Positions 8,579 to 18,428 of a DNA stretch of 64,000 nucleotides are shown piece by piece. The notes under the pieces were generated by a model that did no database searches, had not been told where the DNA came from, and saw nothing but the letters and a program-made list of their open reading frames with translations. The stretch covers positions 1 to 64,000 of the IMG/VR virus record IMGVR_UViG_3300035698_001735. One strand, written 5' to 3'. The first letter of the stretch is position 1; every line of letters begins with the position of its first letter. The stretch comes from a virus. The translations under genes and the position numbers were made by a program.

Positions 8579-8800
8579 TCAAGTAGTCGGTTCTGCCGTA
8601 AAGTAAAGAGGCCCTTTACTAGACACAGGTCTTACCGTCATGTGCTTAAACCCCATTTCTTTCCCTAGGCGTTCCCAGGCAGAATTTGCGTTTTCTTGTG
8701 GCGAGCGCGGGCTGCCACAGTTAAGCGCTATCATAGGCACAGGCTTCATACTTTCCATGAGCGTGTCTAACTGAGCTTGTGTCATTTCAAATTCTTGCAT
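8579..8800 (-). CDS. hypothetical protein
   Basis: AGGAG SD, 73 aa. Confidence 0.65.
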   Translation of the reverse strand: MQEFEMTQAQLDTLMESMKPVPMIALNCGSPRSPQENANSAWERLGKEMGFKHMTVRPVSSKGPLYFTAEPTT

Positions 8801-8856
8801 AATATTCTCCTATAAGAAGTGTCACTTTAGGCAACACTTCGTTTTGATTACATAAG

Positions 8857-9228
8857 TTAATCAACAAAGTTGGCATTAGTGCAATGATTAACTGTGAGCT
8901 TAAACATTTTTCCGCCCTTAAGGCCTATGACCGGAAACCGTCGAGCCTTAGGGTTAAATCCTGCGATTTCAAACAGTTTTCCGTGAACTTTAAGCTTTCG
9001 GCCAAAGTCGCTTGCTTTAAGTCCAATGCTGCCGCAATGCTCGTTCCACGTAGCTTGCTCGGGGTTGTGTCCGTCAACTGATGCTTCAAGTTTAAATTTA
9101 ACAGTCTTGGATGTGAAACTTGCGTTATTAGCTGATATAGCTACACCGTGCTTTTGGCCAACGGCTACTAATGCCGCATTGATATCCGCACGTAGAACCG
9201 TTAATCCTGCTTTAGTAAACTGATCCAT
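8857..9228 (-). CDS. hypothetical protein
   Basis: 123 aa, own repeated promoter upstream. Confidence 0.65.
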   Translation of the reverse strand: MDQFTKAGLTVLRADINAALVAVGQKHGVAISANNASFTSKTVKFKLEASVDGHNPEQATWNEHCGSIGLKASDFGRKLKVHGKLFEIAGFNPKARRFPVIGLKGGKMFKLTVNHCTNANFVD

Positions 9229-9247
9229 AATTTTTGCTCTTAGTAGT

Positions 9248-9290
9248 TTGTAAGTGTTAGTAGTATAATGTCTTCAAAGTTATATTGCAA
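9248..9290 (-). promoter_or_regulatory. repeated early promoter element copy 4
   Basis: TTGCAA(9290-9285)-N17-TATACT(9267-9262); GAAGACATTATACTACTAACACTTACA. Confidence 0.7.
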
Positions 9291-9295
9291 GTAAG

Positions 9296-9832
9296 TTAGA
9301 GGAGTCCTTGTTCGGCAAAGCTAGCATATTCGTCACCGGCAATGATGACGTGATCTATTACACTAACTTCAAACAAACGTAGTGCCTTGACAATAACCCT
9401 GGTAATATTTTTGTCTGCTTGGCTTATTATTGAGGAGCCGCTTGGGTGGTTGTGGGCTATGATCATAGCAGATGCATTTAGGTGTAATGCTTTTTTAGCA
9501 ATTTCTCTTGGATAAACAGTAGCAGCGTTTATAGTGCCTTTGAACATTTCGTCGTATTCGATAAGCTGATGTTGATTGTTTAAGAACATAACTGCGAACA
9601 CTTCGCGCTCTTTGCGCTGTAACTTCATGCGCAAATACTGCCGAGCAGCAGTACACGAATCAATTAATATTTCGTGCTTTTTTAACTTGGCATCAAGAAC
9701 AGCGATTGCACATTTAATAATTTGCTCTTCCATGCCCATCCAGTCAACGTCAGTTAAGTCAGTGTTGCTTGTTTGAGATTTAAGTGCTGTGAGGTATGTC
9801 GCTTCGGTTTCGCTGTTGATTGTGTTAGTCAT
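9296..9832 (-). CDS. radC: RadC-like JAB/MPN+ domain protein
   Basis: EREVFAVMFLN, GTINAATVYPREI, AHNHPSG...SQAD, VIDHVII motifs. Confidence 0.92.
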   Translation of the reverse strand: MTNTINSETEATYLTALKSQTSNTDLTDVDWMGMEEQIIKCAIAVLDAKLKKHEILIDSCTAARQYLRMKLQRKEREVFAVMFLNNQHQLIEYDEMFKGTINAATVYPREIAKKALHLNASAMIIAHNHPSGSSIISQADKNITRVIVKALRLFEVSVIDHVIIAGDEYASFAEQGLL

Positions 9833-9851
9833 TTGCTTTGCCCTCTGTATT

Positions 9852-9894
9852 GCGCAAGTGTTAACAGTATACTGTCTCCACTTACGTATTACAA
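9852..9894 (-). promoter_or_regulatory. repeated early promoter element copy 5
   Basis: TTGTAA(9894-9889)-N17-TATACT(9871-9866); GGAGACAGTATACTGTTAACACTTG. Confidence 0.65.
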
Positions 9895-9901
9895 TAACTA
9901 A

Positions 9902-10444
9902 TTAAGGGTTGCTTTTGAGGAGCTCTTCTATGATAGCATACTGTTCGTCGTCGTATGCAACTAGATTAACTTTATTAACTGCTTCGGTGTGCTTTAACTC
10001 TTCACGAACGGTGTTTACCATAATTCTAGCTGCTTTTTGTACATCAAATCCGTAAACCCCAGTAGAGATAGTCGGAAACGATATGCTTACTAGACCAAAT
10101 AGTTCTGCTACCCGTATGCTCGAAGCGTAAGCCATTGTAAGCAAGGCCTGTCGGACTTCGGAGCATTTATATACGCGGCAGTCTGGACCAACAGCGTGAA
10201 TAAGGTAATCACATATACGCAATTCCTGGAGGCCAAATGCCGGTGATAGCACTGCTCCGCCTGTGTGACATCCGTGGCTATAAAACCTGCTATTGTATTT
10301 GTCTAGTGGCTCGGTGCCGGCCTTAGCATATATAGCACCGCATACTCCCTCACCTCCAAATAGTCCTGGGTTAGCTGCGTTGACAATCGCATCGCACTTA
10401 ACTTCGGTGATGTCACCTTGTATTAATTTTATTACTGAAGCCAT
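9902..10444 (-). CDS. macrodomain (ADP-ribose binding/hydrolase, YmdB-like)
   Basis: GDIT, DAIVNAAN, GGEGVCGAI, IHAVGP, SISFPTISTGVYGF motifs. Confidence 0.93.
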   Translation of the reverse strand: MASVIKLIQGDITEVKCDAIVNAANPGLFGGEGVCGAIYAKAGTEPLDKYNSRFYSHGCHTGGAVLSPAFGLQELRICDYLIHAVGPDCRVYKCSEVRQALLTMAYASSIRVAELFGLVSISFPTISTGVYGFDVQKAARIMVNTVREELKHTEAVNKVNLVAYDDEQYAIIEELLKSNP

Positions 10445-10511
10445 TAGCTTATCCTAAGTTTGTTTGTAGTGTGTTATTATAGCACGTATAAAAACACACT
10501 ACAACGTCTGC

Positions 10512-11591
10512 TTAGAATGCTTGATGCCAGTTATACGGATCTTGCTTAGGAACCTTGCTGAGTACAAGATTAAAATCCTTATTTTCATAAGTATACTTTG
10601 TTCCGGCTTTGTCAACACTTATAAGATTTGATTCAGTAAAGTACGAGCACAAATAGTCGTCCTCGTCGTCTTTGTCTTTTATAATAAAATCAAGATCAAA
10701 ATTGCAGTTGAACGGATTAAATCTTAGATCGTTTACGTTCGGCTGTAAATTAGCATCCGGGTGTAGCTGTTTAAAGCTAGCACTTGGTAATATTTTATCG
10801 ATAATAAACACTGAGGAATCTTCCGGCATACTAATATTTAGAATATCCATTGCTTGCTTAACAGGTTCGTTGTATCGATTCATTTCTTCTACTAATGACG
10901 CAAGCATATCAAAGTTAAACCTAGGAATAAATCTAGTTAAACTAATCACATCGTCTTTTTGCTTTTTGTCTACCAGGTTATCATCTAGGTATTCATTAAC
11001 GAACGCTTCGTCTAAGCTAGTAAATTGAATGCTGTAAAAAATACGCCCTGGACGATTGGTCATATAATAATTATTATCTACCTTGTTACTTGTTAGTAGA
11101 AATAACTTTCGACTTACAAACACACCATCTAGCAAGGTTAGCAATCCGTTTGCATCGTCGCGATCACGGTATACTTTTTCGTATTCGTCCATCAATATCA
11201 CACACGGATCAGATATGCTTTGTAAAAATACATTAAACTCGCTGCCGTGAAACGGAGCATTAATTAATATAATAGGCATATCGAGTCTTTCGCTGAGCTC
11301 AATTGCAGTAGTGCGAGCTAACAATGTTTTTCCTGAACCTTTTTCGCCGGCCATTAGTACGCCAGTGTTGCCTTTGCGACTTGCGAACGTGGTAATAATA
11401 CGCTCCATGTGAGACAGGGTATTGCCGTATATCTTACCTTTAAATTTCTCAAGATGATCTACCTCGACCAGAAAGAATCCCTTTTCGTCCACGTCAACTG
11501 TGTATGTTCCTGCCGGCAGCTTCTTTCGAATGTCAACTGCGGATTCGTCAGTGACTCGGTAAGTAGTGCCGTATTTGATATAATAGCTCAT
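10512..11591 (-). CDS. AAA+ ATPase
   Basis: Walker A GEKGSGKT, Walker B ILMDEYEK, LLTLLDG, NRPGRI. Confidence 0.9.
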   Translation of the reverse strand: MSYYIKYGTTYRVTDESAVDIRKKLPAGTYTVDVDEKGFFLVEVDHLEKFKGKIYGNTLSHMERIITTFASRKGNTGVLMAGEKGSGKTLLARTTAIELSERLDMPIILINAPFHGSEFNVFLQSISDPCVILMDEYEKVYRDRDDANGLLTLLDGVFVSRKLFLLTSNKVDNNYYMTNRPGRIFYSIQFTSLDEAFVNEYLDDNLVDKKQKDDVISLTRFIPRFNFDMLASLVEEMNRYNEPVKQAMDILNISMPEDSSVFIIDKILPSASFKQLHPDANLQPNVNDLRFNPFNCNFDLDFIIKDKDDEDDYLCSYFTESNLISVDKAGTKYTYENKDFNLVLSKVPKQDPYNWHQAF

Positions 11592-11592
11592 T

Positions 11593-12399
11593 TTATGTAA
11601 TTTCCGTAGGTTGGTGAATCATGTAGTTTTTCCCTTCAAATATAACTTCTTCTTTGTTTGTTATTGTGCTAAGTTTTGGCAGATAAAGTTCTTGGACAAC
11701 AGAACGTGTAATATGACCAGTCGGGCGATGAGCAATAGGTATGTGTGCTAGGTCAGTAACTGAACACTCAACGTCGCGCCGCTGTACGTATGTTCCGCGC
11801 TTCTTCCACGTTTCTAGATCGCTCCAGTTAATGCCTTTTCCTTGCCACAACTTCTCTTGCAGTTGGTTGCTCGAGAGATTTTGCAAGCTTGCGTGAGTAA
11901 AATATGTATGAGCTAGCATTGACACTGAATTCTTACTAGCATCAAACTCTCGCCACATAACTGCATTAACAGCTTCTGCGCGATTAGGCACATCAAACAC
12001 TCGACAGTCGAACACAGGCATGCTAGCTAGTGAGCCCGGCTTACTATTGCCAATTGACTGAGCAAATGATATAGTGGCAATGGATGCAAGTACTGAGTTT
12101 AGCTTGTGGACCTTTCCGTTAAAAAACGATTCTTGCCTAGGAGTTGTTCCGTCAAACACTAGCGTAATCTCGTCGCTTTGTGTGTAGCCAATCGAACACA
12201 TCGATTGTTTAACTAATTCTTTAGTAGCCGCAACCATTGCGCATTTCATATCTTCGTCAAATGGGCTTAAGAAGTCTTTGGTAAACTTTGAAAACGACCG
12301 CCCGTCTATTCTTGCTATAATCGGCAGCCCGGGCATTGTTTTTTGTTGCGTGTATCGTGCTTCGTATTCTTTCATACGATCACCTAGCTTGTCTTTCAT
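11593..12399 (-). CDS. Thg1-like tRNA(His) guanylyltransferase / 3'-5' polymerase
   Basis: RMKEYE, ARIDGRSFSKFT, YTQSDEITL, FDCR, KRGTY motifs. Confidence 0.92.
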   Translation of the reverse strand: MKDKLGDRMKEYEARYTQQKTMPGLPIIARIDGRSFSKFTKDFLSPFDEDMKCAMVAATKELVKQSMCSIGYTQSDEITLVFDGTTPRQESFFNGKVHKLNSVLASIATISFAQSIGNSKPGSLASMPVFDCRVFDVPNRAEAVNAVMWREFDASKNSVSMLAHTYFTHASLQNLSSNQLQEKLWQGKGINWSDLETWKKRGTYVQRRDVECSVTDLAHIPIAHRPTGHITRSVVQELYLPKLSTITNKEEVIFEGKNYMIHQPTEIT

Positions 12400-12478
12400 T
12401 AGGTTACCTTATTGATAATGGCAGCAATAGACGGTAGTGATTGCACTACCGTCTGCGTAATACTAGCCAACTAGCTAT

Positions 12479-13501
12479 TTACTGAAGGTAGTCGCCGTCG
12501 GCGTTAGTCCAATATTTGCATTCGTCGTAATAGTCGTTGTCCCATACAACTAATATAGAGCCATGGGTGTTATCTGTAATGTCAACGTCGCCGTCGCTAA
12601 TTGCTTGTCTAACAGATGCTCCGTCTAATCCTAATATCTCAGCAGCTCGCTTTACGTAAAGCAAATCGTCGTTTTTAGGACTACCTCGTGTTAGTATGTT
12701 TCGCCCGCCGGATTCCGTAAGCTGTCGCACTTCGCCTTGCTCAGTTGCTTTATCAGCAACTGACAAGTCAAAGGTGTGTGAGTTGTCAATATCTCTATTA
12801 AGCTCGCCTACGATCTCGTATTCGCATGCACGCCCCTTGGAGTTGTTATAGTCAGTTGGTATACTAACAACGTTAGCCGGATTGACCTTAACGATTACAG
12901 TGCGACCAGGGCCACCATAATTACCTAAGTATTCCTGCGAGCAAAAATGTAAACCTTCTGAGCAAGTGTCATTAGGATTTTCGTTAACGCGGTTTCTTGG
13001 CATTTTAACTATTGCGCCAATTGAATTGTCCATCTTGCCTGTATGGTGATCAGTGTAGTTTGATTTAACCATCTTGTACGCTAGGAAATGACCGTCTTCG
13101 GTGATAGGCAAGTCGGTTGCTTCAAGGAAGCCAAATAATTGATCAACTGCGCGTTTCGATGGATTGTCATCTAGGTTCTCAACAAACAAACACATAGGAT
13201 TAATATCAAACCCTTCGTCTGCCATACATAAAATGCGATTAGCAAGCGATCCGTGCATCTGTTCGTCATCTAGTGTAATAACACCGTCTTCTAATTTAAC
13301 GCGCGAACCTTCGACATTAAATTTCTTGGCGTAATGCTCCGTTAGATTAACTAACTCTTCTGCTGTTTCATAATCTTTATCGCGAATAGCAGCCCGTATT
13401 TTATCGTATTGTGAGTGTGACTCAGAAGTCACCACTTGTGTATCGCCATTGATAATCATGACGATAGAATCTGGTGTCACATTTGTAGCCTGAATGGTCA
13501 T
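12479..13501 (-). CDS. rIIB: RIIB lysis-inhibition/anti-exclusion protein
   Basis: NPSKRAVDQLFGFL, PITEDGHFLAYK, CSEGLHFCS, VKVNPANVVSIPTDYNNSKGRAC; downstream of rIIA. Confidence 0.9.
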   Translation of the reverse strand: MTIQATNVTPDSIVMIINGDTQVVTSESHSQYDKIRAAIRDKDYETAEELVNLTEHYAKKFNVEGSRVKLEDGVITLDDEQMHGSLANRILCMADEGFDINPMCLFVENLDDNPSKRAVDQLFGFLEATDLPITEDGHFLAYKMVKSNYTDHHTGKMDNSIGAIVKMPRNRVNENPNDTCSEGLHFCSQEYLGNYGGPGRTVIVKVNPANVVSIPTDYNNSKGRACEYEIVGELNRDIDNSHTFDLSVADKATEQGEVRQLTESGGRNILTRGSPKNDDLLYVKRAAEILGLDGASVRQAISDGDVDITDNTHGSILVVWDNDYYDECKYWTNADGDYLQ

Positions 13502-13595
13502 ATTTCTATCTCCGTTGCATTAATATTCTGTGTATGTAGTTTAACTTTTATTTAATGAGTTGTCAACTGGTATGTTGGATTATTATTGTTTATTG

Positions 13596-13632
13596 CTACT
13601 ACGCAGCACCGTTTTAAGTGCTGCGTAGTAGC
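13596..13632. other. long hairpin between rIIA and rIIB
   Basis: GCTACTACGCAGCAC-CGTTTTAA-GTGCTGCGTAGTAGC perfect 15-bp stem. Confidence 0.7.
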
Positions 13633-13685
13633 GTCTTAGACCGTGTGTAAGCGCAGAGCGCAGACAAGACATAGTAGTGTACTGC

Positions 13686-15890
13686 TTAATCTACCAGCGC
13701 TGCATCCGCTGTTTTTGCATGTTCATCCGTCACTCTTACATATTCGCTAACTATTTTAAGATCTTCATCTGTATCTAAGCGACGCCCTTCGATAATCATA
13801 GTCATCATGGGATACTGTACGAGTACCTCTCGGTAAGCATACTCGAGTGTAGTAACGACTGGGTAACTGATCTCAGTGCCTACCTTAAAGAGTCTAATAG
13901 CTGATTCCCAATCGCTAGTCCTAGGGCTGGGACTAAAGGTTAGTTGATCTACTTTAACAAAGCCTGCGCCGTATACAGTATCTTTAAAGTGCTTGGCTAA
14001 CTTGTTAATATTATGAACCTTAGTGCGGCTGTAGCCTGTATCTCGACCAAACAAATGCAATGCGTGCTTTTGCTCAATATCAGCGACCATAGCGTGAGCT
14101 CCTTTAGTGACATACTCTTTTAAAGCTTTGTATAAGTCGGTATAGCCTTTGCTGTTATTAGTAAATCTCACTCGTCCAGTGCGGTTAACACCGATAATCT
14201 CTAAACGTTGCTGTGCTGTAATCATACCTATGTTAAAGGCTGTTGTAATTATTCCAGATTCGCTCATGTCACTATTGTAAAAACTTGCGTCCATTGAGCC
14301 GCCGTGTATTTGTAAGAAATAAGTATCGCTGCCGTTTGCGTACCCACCGTCGCGCACATCAACTCTGCCTTGACTGACCCAAGCTTCTTTATTGTTATAA
14401 TCTGGTTCACTGTCATATTTCCAAACCTCAACCATATGCTTGGGATTCACTACAGCGGGGCCTGTTACAACCGGCGCCGGTTTAGGCAACTCAGATGCTT
14501 TCTTGAAGTCAGTCCACTTAAGTCCAAGTTCTTTTTTCATTGCGCCTACACACGAATTATTAGCAAAGCGAATTAAGTAAAACTCTGCTCTTAAATCATT
14601 AGGTGCTACAGTAGCGGCATATTCTTTAATTCTTGCTCGGCTGCCTACTTTTAAGTCGTCTAATATAAAGTGTATATTTTTACTAGGGATAACTCGTATT
14701 TCGCTATATTTTAAGGCAAGCTCAACGCGTCTCATTACTCGGCCGCCGTAGGATCGTTGCGTGCGGTTATATGATATAAAAGACAAGTCGTTGTCGGCTC
14801 TGATGCCTATAGACTTGTCGTCTATAGTATGGCCTTGCCATGTAGGATTAACCGCGCCTCTAGCTATTAACGTTTTAATCGCTCGATGCTGTGTTAGCTC
14901 GCGATACTTACAACGTGCTTCCCACAAACTTTTACAATCGTCAAGCTTTTCGCTAACTGTAGTAGCAATGTCCTTAAATGCGGCCTCGAACTTAGCTTTA
15001 ATATTTGCTGTCGTTCGGTCGTCGTATGATAAGCCTTCGCGGTTGGCCACTACGTCGAGCTCGCCCATCTCAAAGAATATCTCAATTCCTAAGCCGTCGT
15101 ATCTGTTTCGATCGCCGTACTCGGAGCTAGCAAATGAGCTAACTTGAATAGGATATGCAACTGTGCCCTGCAATGCTGTTGACCTTGACGATCCGTAATA
15201 GTCATTTGGGTCATTTTCAATTAAGCGCCAACCCTTGCCCTCAAGCAAGTACGTAATCTCTCTGAGATTAAAATCAGCAACGCCTATTACGTTAGGAAAT
15301 ACAGGATAGCGCTTGTATATATCTCTTGATTTATTCTCAAAATCACGAAAGTCATCTTGCTTAACGGCCATCTTAATAAGCAAGCCGGGATGTTCCTCAC
15401 TTGCTTCTGGGAAGCCGTTAACTAAGTGTATCGACGGAACACCGTCTTCACCTAAGTCTACAATATAAACACTTTTCTGCCCATCAAACCACGATGTAAC
15501 TGTAAATGCTTCGGCGTATGAGAAAGGAGACTTGGAACCTAAACCTAGCGCACCAGTAAAGTCGTTACTGTCGCTTTTAGTAGATTCGAAGTATGTACTG
15601 TAAAGGTGCATCATATCAGCATGACATAAGCCAATGCCGTAGTCGCGTATGTGATACCAAGGCTCAAGCTTGTTAGGAAGATGTACATCAAACGGTTGAT
15701 CAGTATTGCCGGCAGCAATGTGTGCATCCCATGCGTTTGATCCAAGTTCGCGCACCACGGCACGTATCTTGTCAGTATACAGTCCGTCGGACAGTATCTT
15801 AAATGCTTTTGCTGATGCCTTAATTTTAAAGGTGCCGCTTTCGCCTACACCTGTTCGATCAATGGCCGTTACTGTTGCTGTTGTCTTCAT
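13686..15890 (-). CDS. rIIA: RIIA protein (N-terminal GHKL ATPase)
   Basis: KAFKILSDGLYTDKIRAVVRELGSNAWDAH, IRDYGIG, STK, GALGLGSKSPFSY, NREGLSY. Confidence 0.92.
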   Translation of the reverse strand: MKTTATVTAIDRTGVGESGTFKIKASAKAFKILSDGLYTDKIRAVVRELGSNAWDAHIAAGNTDQPFDVHLPNKLEPWYHIRDYGIGLCHADMMHLYSTYFESTKSDSNDFTGALGLGSKSPFSYAEAFTVTSWFDGQKSVYIVDLGEDGVPSIHLVNGFPEASEEHPGLLIKMAVKQDDFRDFENKSRDIYKRYPVFPNVIGVADFNLREITYLLEGKGWRLIENDPNDYYGSSRSTALQGTVAYPIQVSSFASSEYGDRNRYDGLGIEIFFEMGELDVVANREGLSYDDRTTANIKAKFEAAFKDIATTVSEKLDDCKSLWEARCKYRELTQHRAIKTLIARGAVNPTWQGHTIDDKSIGIRADNDLSFISYNRTQRSYGGRVMRRVELALKYSEIRVIPSKNIHFILDDLKVGSRARIKEYAATVAPNDLRAEFYLIRFANNSCVGAMKKELGLKWTDFKKASELPKPAPVVTGPAVVNPKHMVEVWKYDSEPDYNNKEAWVSQGRVDVRDGGYANGSDTYFLQIHGGSMDASFYNSDMSESGIITTAFNIGMITAQQRLEIIGVNRTGRVRFTNNSKGYTDLYKALKEYVTKGAHAMVADIEQKHALHLFGRDTGYSRTKVHNINKLAKHFKDTVYGAGFVKVDQLTFSPSPRTSDWESAIRLFKVGTEISYPVVTTLEYAYREVLVQYPMMTMIIEGRRLDTDEDLKIVSEYVRVTDEHAKTADAALVD

Positions 15891-15967
15891 CTAACTCTCC
15901 GCCCTGTGTATTGTTTGTGTATTGTTTTGTTTTGTGTATGCTTGTATATAATAGCAACTATAAACGA

Positions 15968-16006
15968 GAAAAGCAAGCTCTAGTTTGACACTAGGCTTGC
16001 TTTTTT
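15968..16006. terminator. probable intrinsic terminator
   Basis: AAAAGCAAGC-TCTAG...CTAG-GCTTGCTTTT inverted repeat. Confidence 0.55.
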
Positions 16007-16040
16007 GTTTTTAATTCAAGTGTTCACGACACCTTTAATC

Positions 16041-16358
16041 CTAGCTGTCTATCCAGGTTCCTGCGATATCTTCTTCTGTTATGACAATTTCTCTGCCTGC
16101 TTGGCCGCATTGGCCTGCTTTTTTGACCCACTGGCTATAACGTTCGGGTGAACCCCAAGCCTCGTTTGGCAGATTGTTGTAGCACCACTTTACCCACGCA
16201 GCTAAGTTGCGTTGATTTGTTGCGTCTGCTCTACTCACTGCTTCGTGTAAATCGTTGCAAAGAACAGCTTTCATAAAGCCACCTGGCTCAATGCCGAGTC
16301 TAACATATCGCTCCATGCCTGCTGCCATGTACTCTACTGGACAATCTTTAAAATCCAT
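16041..16358 (-). CDS. hypothetical phage protein
   Basis: GIEPGGFMKAVLCNDL...WGS; GGGAG SD. Confidence 0.7.
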   Translation of the reverse strand: MDFKDCPVEYMAAGMERYVRLGIEPGGFMKAVLCNDLHEAVSRADATNQRNLAAWVKWCYNNLPNEAWGSPERYSQWVKKAGQCGQAGREIVITEEDIAGTWIDS

Positions 16359-16371
16359 TGTGCTTCTCCCG

Positions 16372-16962
16372 TTACCAACTAAATGTGATGAATGATGATA
16401 CTATTGTTATACCTGCAAATACAAACCAATGAACAACTGCTGCACTACCTCGATCACTGGCGGTATAATCGCTTGTATAAAAAACTTCTTTGACAGTTTT
16501 ACCATCCCGCGTTGTCGATACAACTTTCTTGTCAGTTTTGCAGGCCATCTTTCGGAATGACCAAGTCCATATAATCATTGCAATGCAAAAGAATGAACTA
16601 CCTAATACAATATGTACCGCCATTTCTCCGAATAAATGCCAGACGATTAACACTATAGCTATCTTGCCAACTTTTGAATCAGCAAATCCGTTGATTTCCT
16701 CACCAAGTTCGTGCGCAGCGCCACCAATAGCTTTGCCGACGGCTTCTCCAATGTCGACGTATTTCATTACGTCTTCTGGTGTAGCTGAGGATAGACCGCC
16801 GCCGCCGATATTTTTATCAATTGTTTCTGCTGTCTGTAATACTAGCTGAGCACGCTGTACATCCGTGAGCCCGTGAGTTTTGATATCCTGCGCTTCAACG
16901 CAGGTACTCATCAGGACTATAAGGAATCCCACTATAAGTACGCCAAGAAATTTACCTATCAT
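16372..16962 (-). CDS. membrane protein
   Basis: signal peptide plus about 3 hydrophobic segments. Confidence 0.7.
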   Translation of the reverse strand: MIGKFLGVLIVGFLIVLMSTCVEAQDIKTHGLTDVQRAQLVLQTAETIDKNIGGGGLSSATPEDVMKYVDIGEAVGKAIGGAAHELGEEINGFADSKVGKIAIVLIVWHLFGEMAVHIVLGSSFFCIAMIIWTWSFRKMACKTDKKVVSTTRDGKTVKEVFYTSDYTASDRGSAAVVHWFVFAGITIVSSFITFSW

Positions 16963-17231
16963 AATAATTACTCTCTCTGTGTGTGGTTAATGTTTATGCG
17001 AATGTGCCAGGTAACGCAGCAGCCCAGTTAATGAATCTGCTTTCGTCGTCGAGTAGTACAACTCCTACTAAAAAGAAAACTAACGCGCCGCCCCATTCTC
17101 TTGACCGAATAAGCATAAACGCAATAACAATGGCAGCAATGCCTAATAACGACATCATTGTGTGCTACTCCTCTACGTAAGTGTTTAAAAATATATTATA
17201 GCAACAACACACGACAAGGTCAAGCACTAAA

Positions 17232-18125
17232 TTAATCCTCGTATTCTTCTTTACGAGCCTTGTAAACCTTGTTAATTGCAGAGTGAAGGAATCGCATAGT
17301 AGTTTGATCGTCGTCCTGTGAACCCTGTCCGCACTGCGGCATCCACGGCTTTCGCAAAGAGTCCATTTGCATAGAAACTATAGATAAGTCGGCGAACGGC
17401 GGCAGCACTTCATTAAGTCGATCGACGTCAACCTTGCCGTCGTGATGGCATCCTTTAATTATATTAGCTAGTTCAGAGACGCAATGATTACTAATGTAGT
17501 GCATTAAGTCCAATTCTCTAATTCTTGATTCCCAGTGAAATTTTTCCACTAATTGGTCTATTTCTTTTTCTACGAGTGCTGCTTGATAAGCTGGACTGTT
17601 GCAGATTGTTAATTTATCAAACGATTTAGATATCATGCTAGCAGCACTGGTTATACGTTTATAACCTTTAATTCGGCGCCCGGCAAGTTCATCCCATACC
17701 TTACCGTGTATGTGAATTATGCCAATCTGTAAAGAAGTTGCTGCCTGGCTACCCCACATAATCCTGCCGCCTGTAGTTAATCGGTTTTGGCTTATTAAAG
17801 TTTGTATGTTATCTAGATCCAACTTACTAGGGTCAACTTCTTGCTGGTGGTATTTGTTCTCGCCTTCTGCCATAGGTAGGACAACTTCACGTAATGTCGA
17901 CATAATGTATTGAGTGTTCCAGTCTTCTACTATATCCTCAATGCGGCCGTACTCGTCGTACTTACCCCTGAACGGAAGGAACATTGGCTGCCATATATCC
18001 GTGTGATAAACTGACCCTCCTGACGAAGAGGGGCTTGCGTTTTGAACAACCAGTAAGCCGACAATGTCGTCCGTGGCCGTAATAGCTACGTTTGATATCC
18101 CGCATGTTGAATTCCAGCAACCCAT
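17232..18125 (-). CDS. hypothetical protein
   Basis: 297 aa, MGCWNSTCGIS start, GAGGAG SD. Confidence 0.75.
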   Translation of the reverse strand: MGCWNSTCGISNVAITATDDIVGLLVVQNASPSSSGGSVYHTDIWQPMFLPFRGKYDEYGRIEDIVEDWNTQYIMSTLREVVLPMAEGENKYHQQEVDPSKLDLDNIQTLISQNRLTTGGRIMWGSQAATSLQIGIIHIHGKVWDELAGRRIKGYKRITSAASMISKSFDKLTICNSPAYQAALVEKEIDQLVEKFHWESRIRELDLMHYISNHCVSELANIIKGCHHDGKVDVDRLNEVLPPFADLSIVSMQMDSLRKPWMPQCGQGSQDDDQTTMRFLHSAINKVYKARKEEYED

Positions 18126-18131
18126 TTTACT

Positions 18132-18401
18132 TTACTCCTCGGTGAATTCTACAATGTCAAAGTCCCAACAGTCGTCGAAACTTACTATGAATGTTTTTTC
18201 TGAATCAACGTCCAGTACTTCAACTAGCCGTTTGTCTAAGTCGCGGGTAGTAATTACTCCTATGCCTTCGTAGTCTCCCGGACCAGGGTATGTTTGTCCT
18301 ACTATTGCTCCGCTTACTGGCTTTCCGTTCTCGTCTAACATTACGTTAACGCGAAATTTGCAAGCCCAGTGTTCGCCGGACGGTATGTCTTCAATATTCA
18401 T
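18132..18401 (-). CDS. hypothetical protein
   Basis: AGGAG SD. Confidence 0.65.
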   Translation of the reverse strand: MNIEDIPSGEHWACKFRVNVMLDENGKPVSGAIVGQTYPGPGDYEGIGVITTRDLDKRLVEVLDVDSEKTFIVSFDDCWDFDIVEFTEE

Positions 18402-18428
18402 AGTTACTCCTGTTTGTAGTTAATAGTT

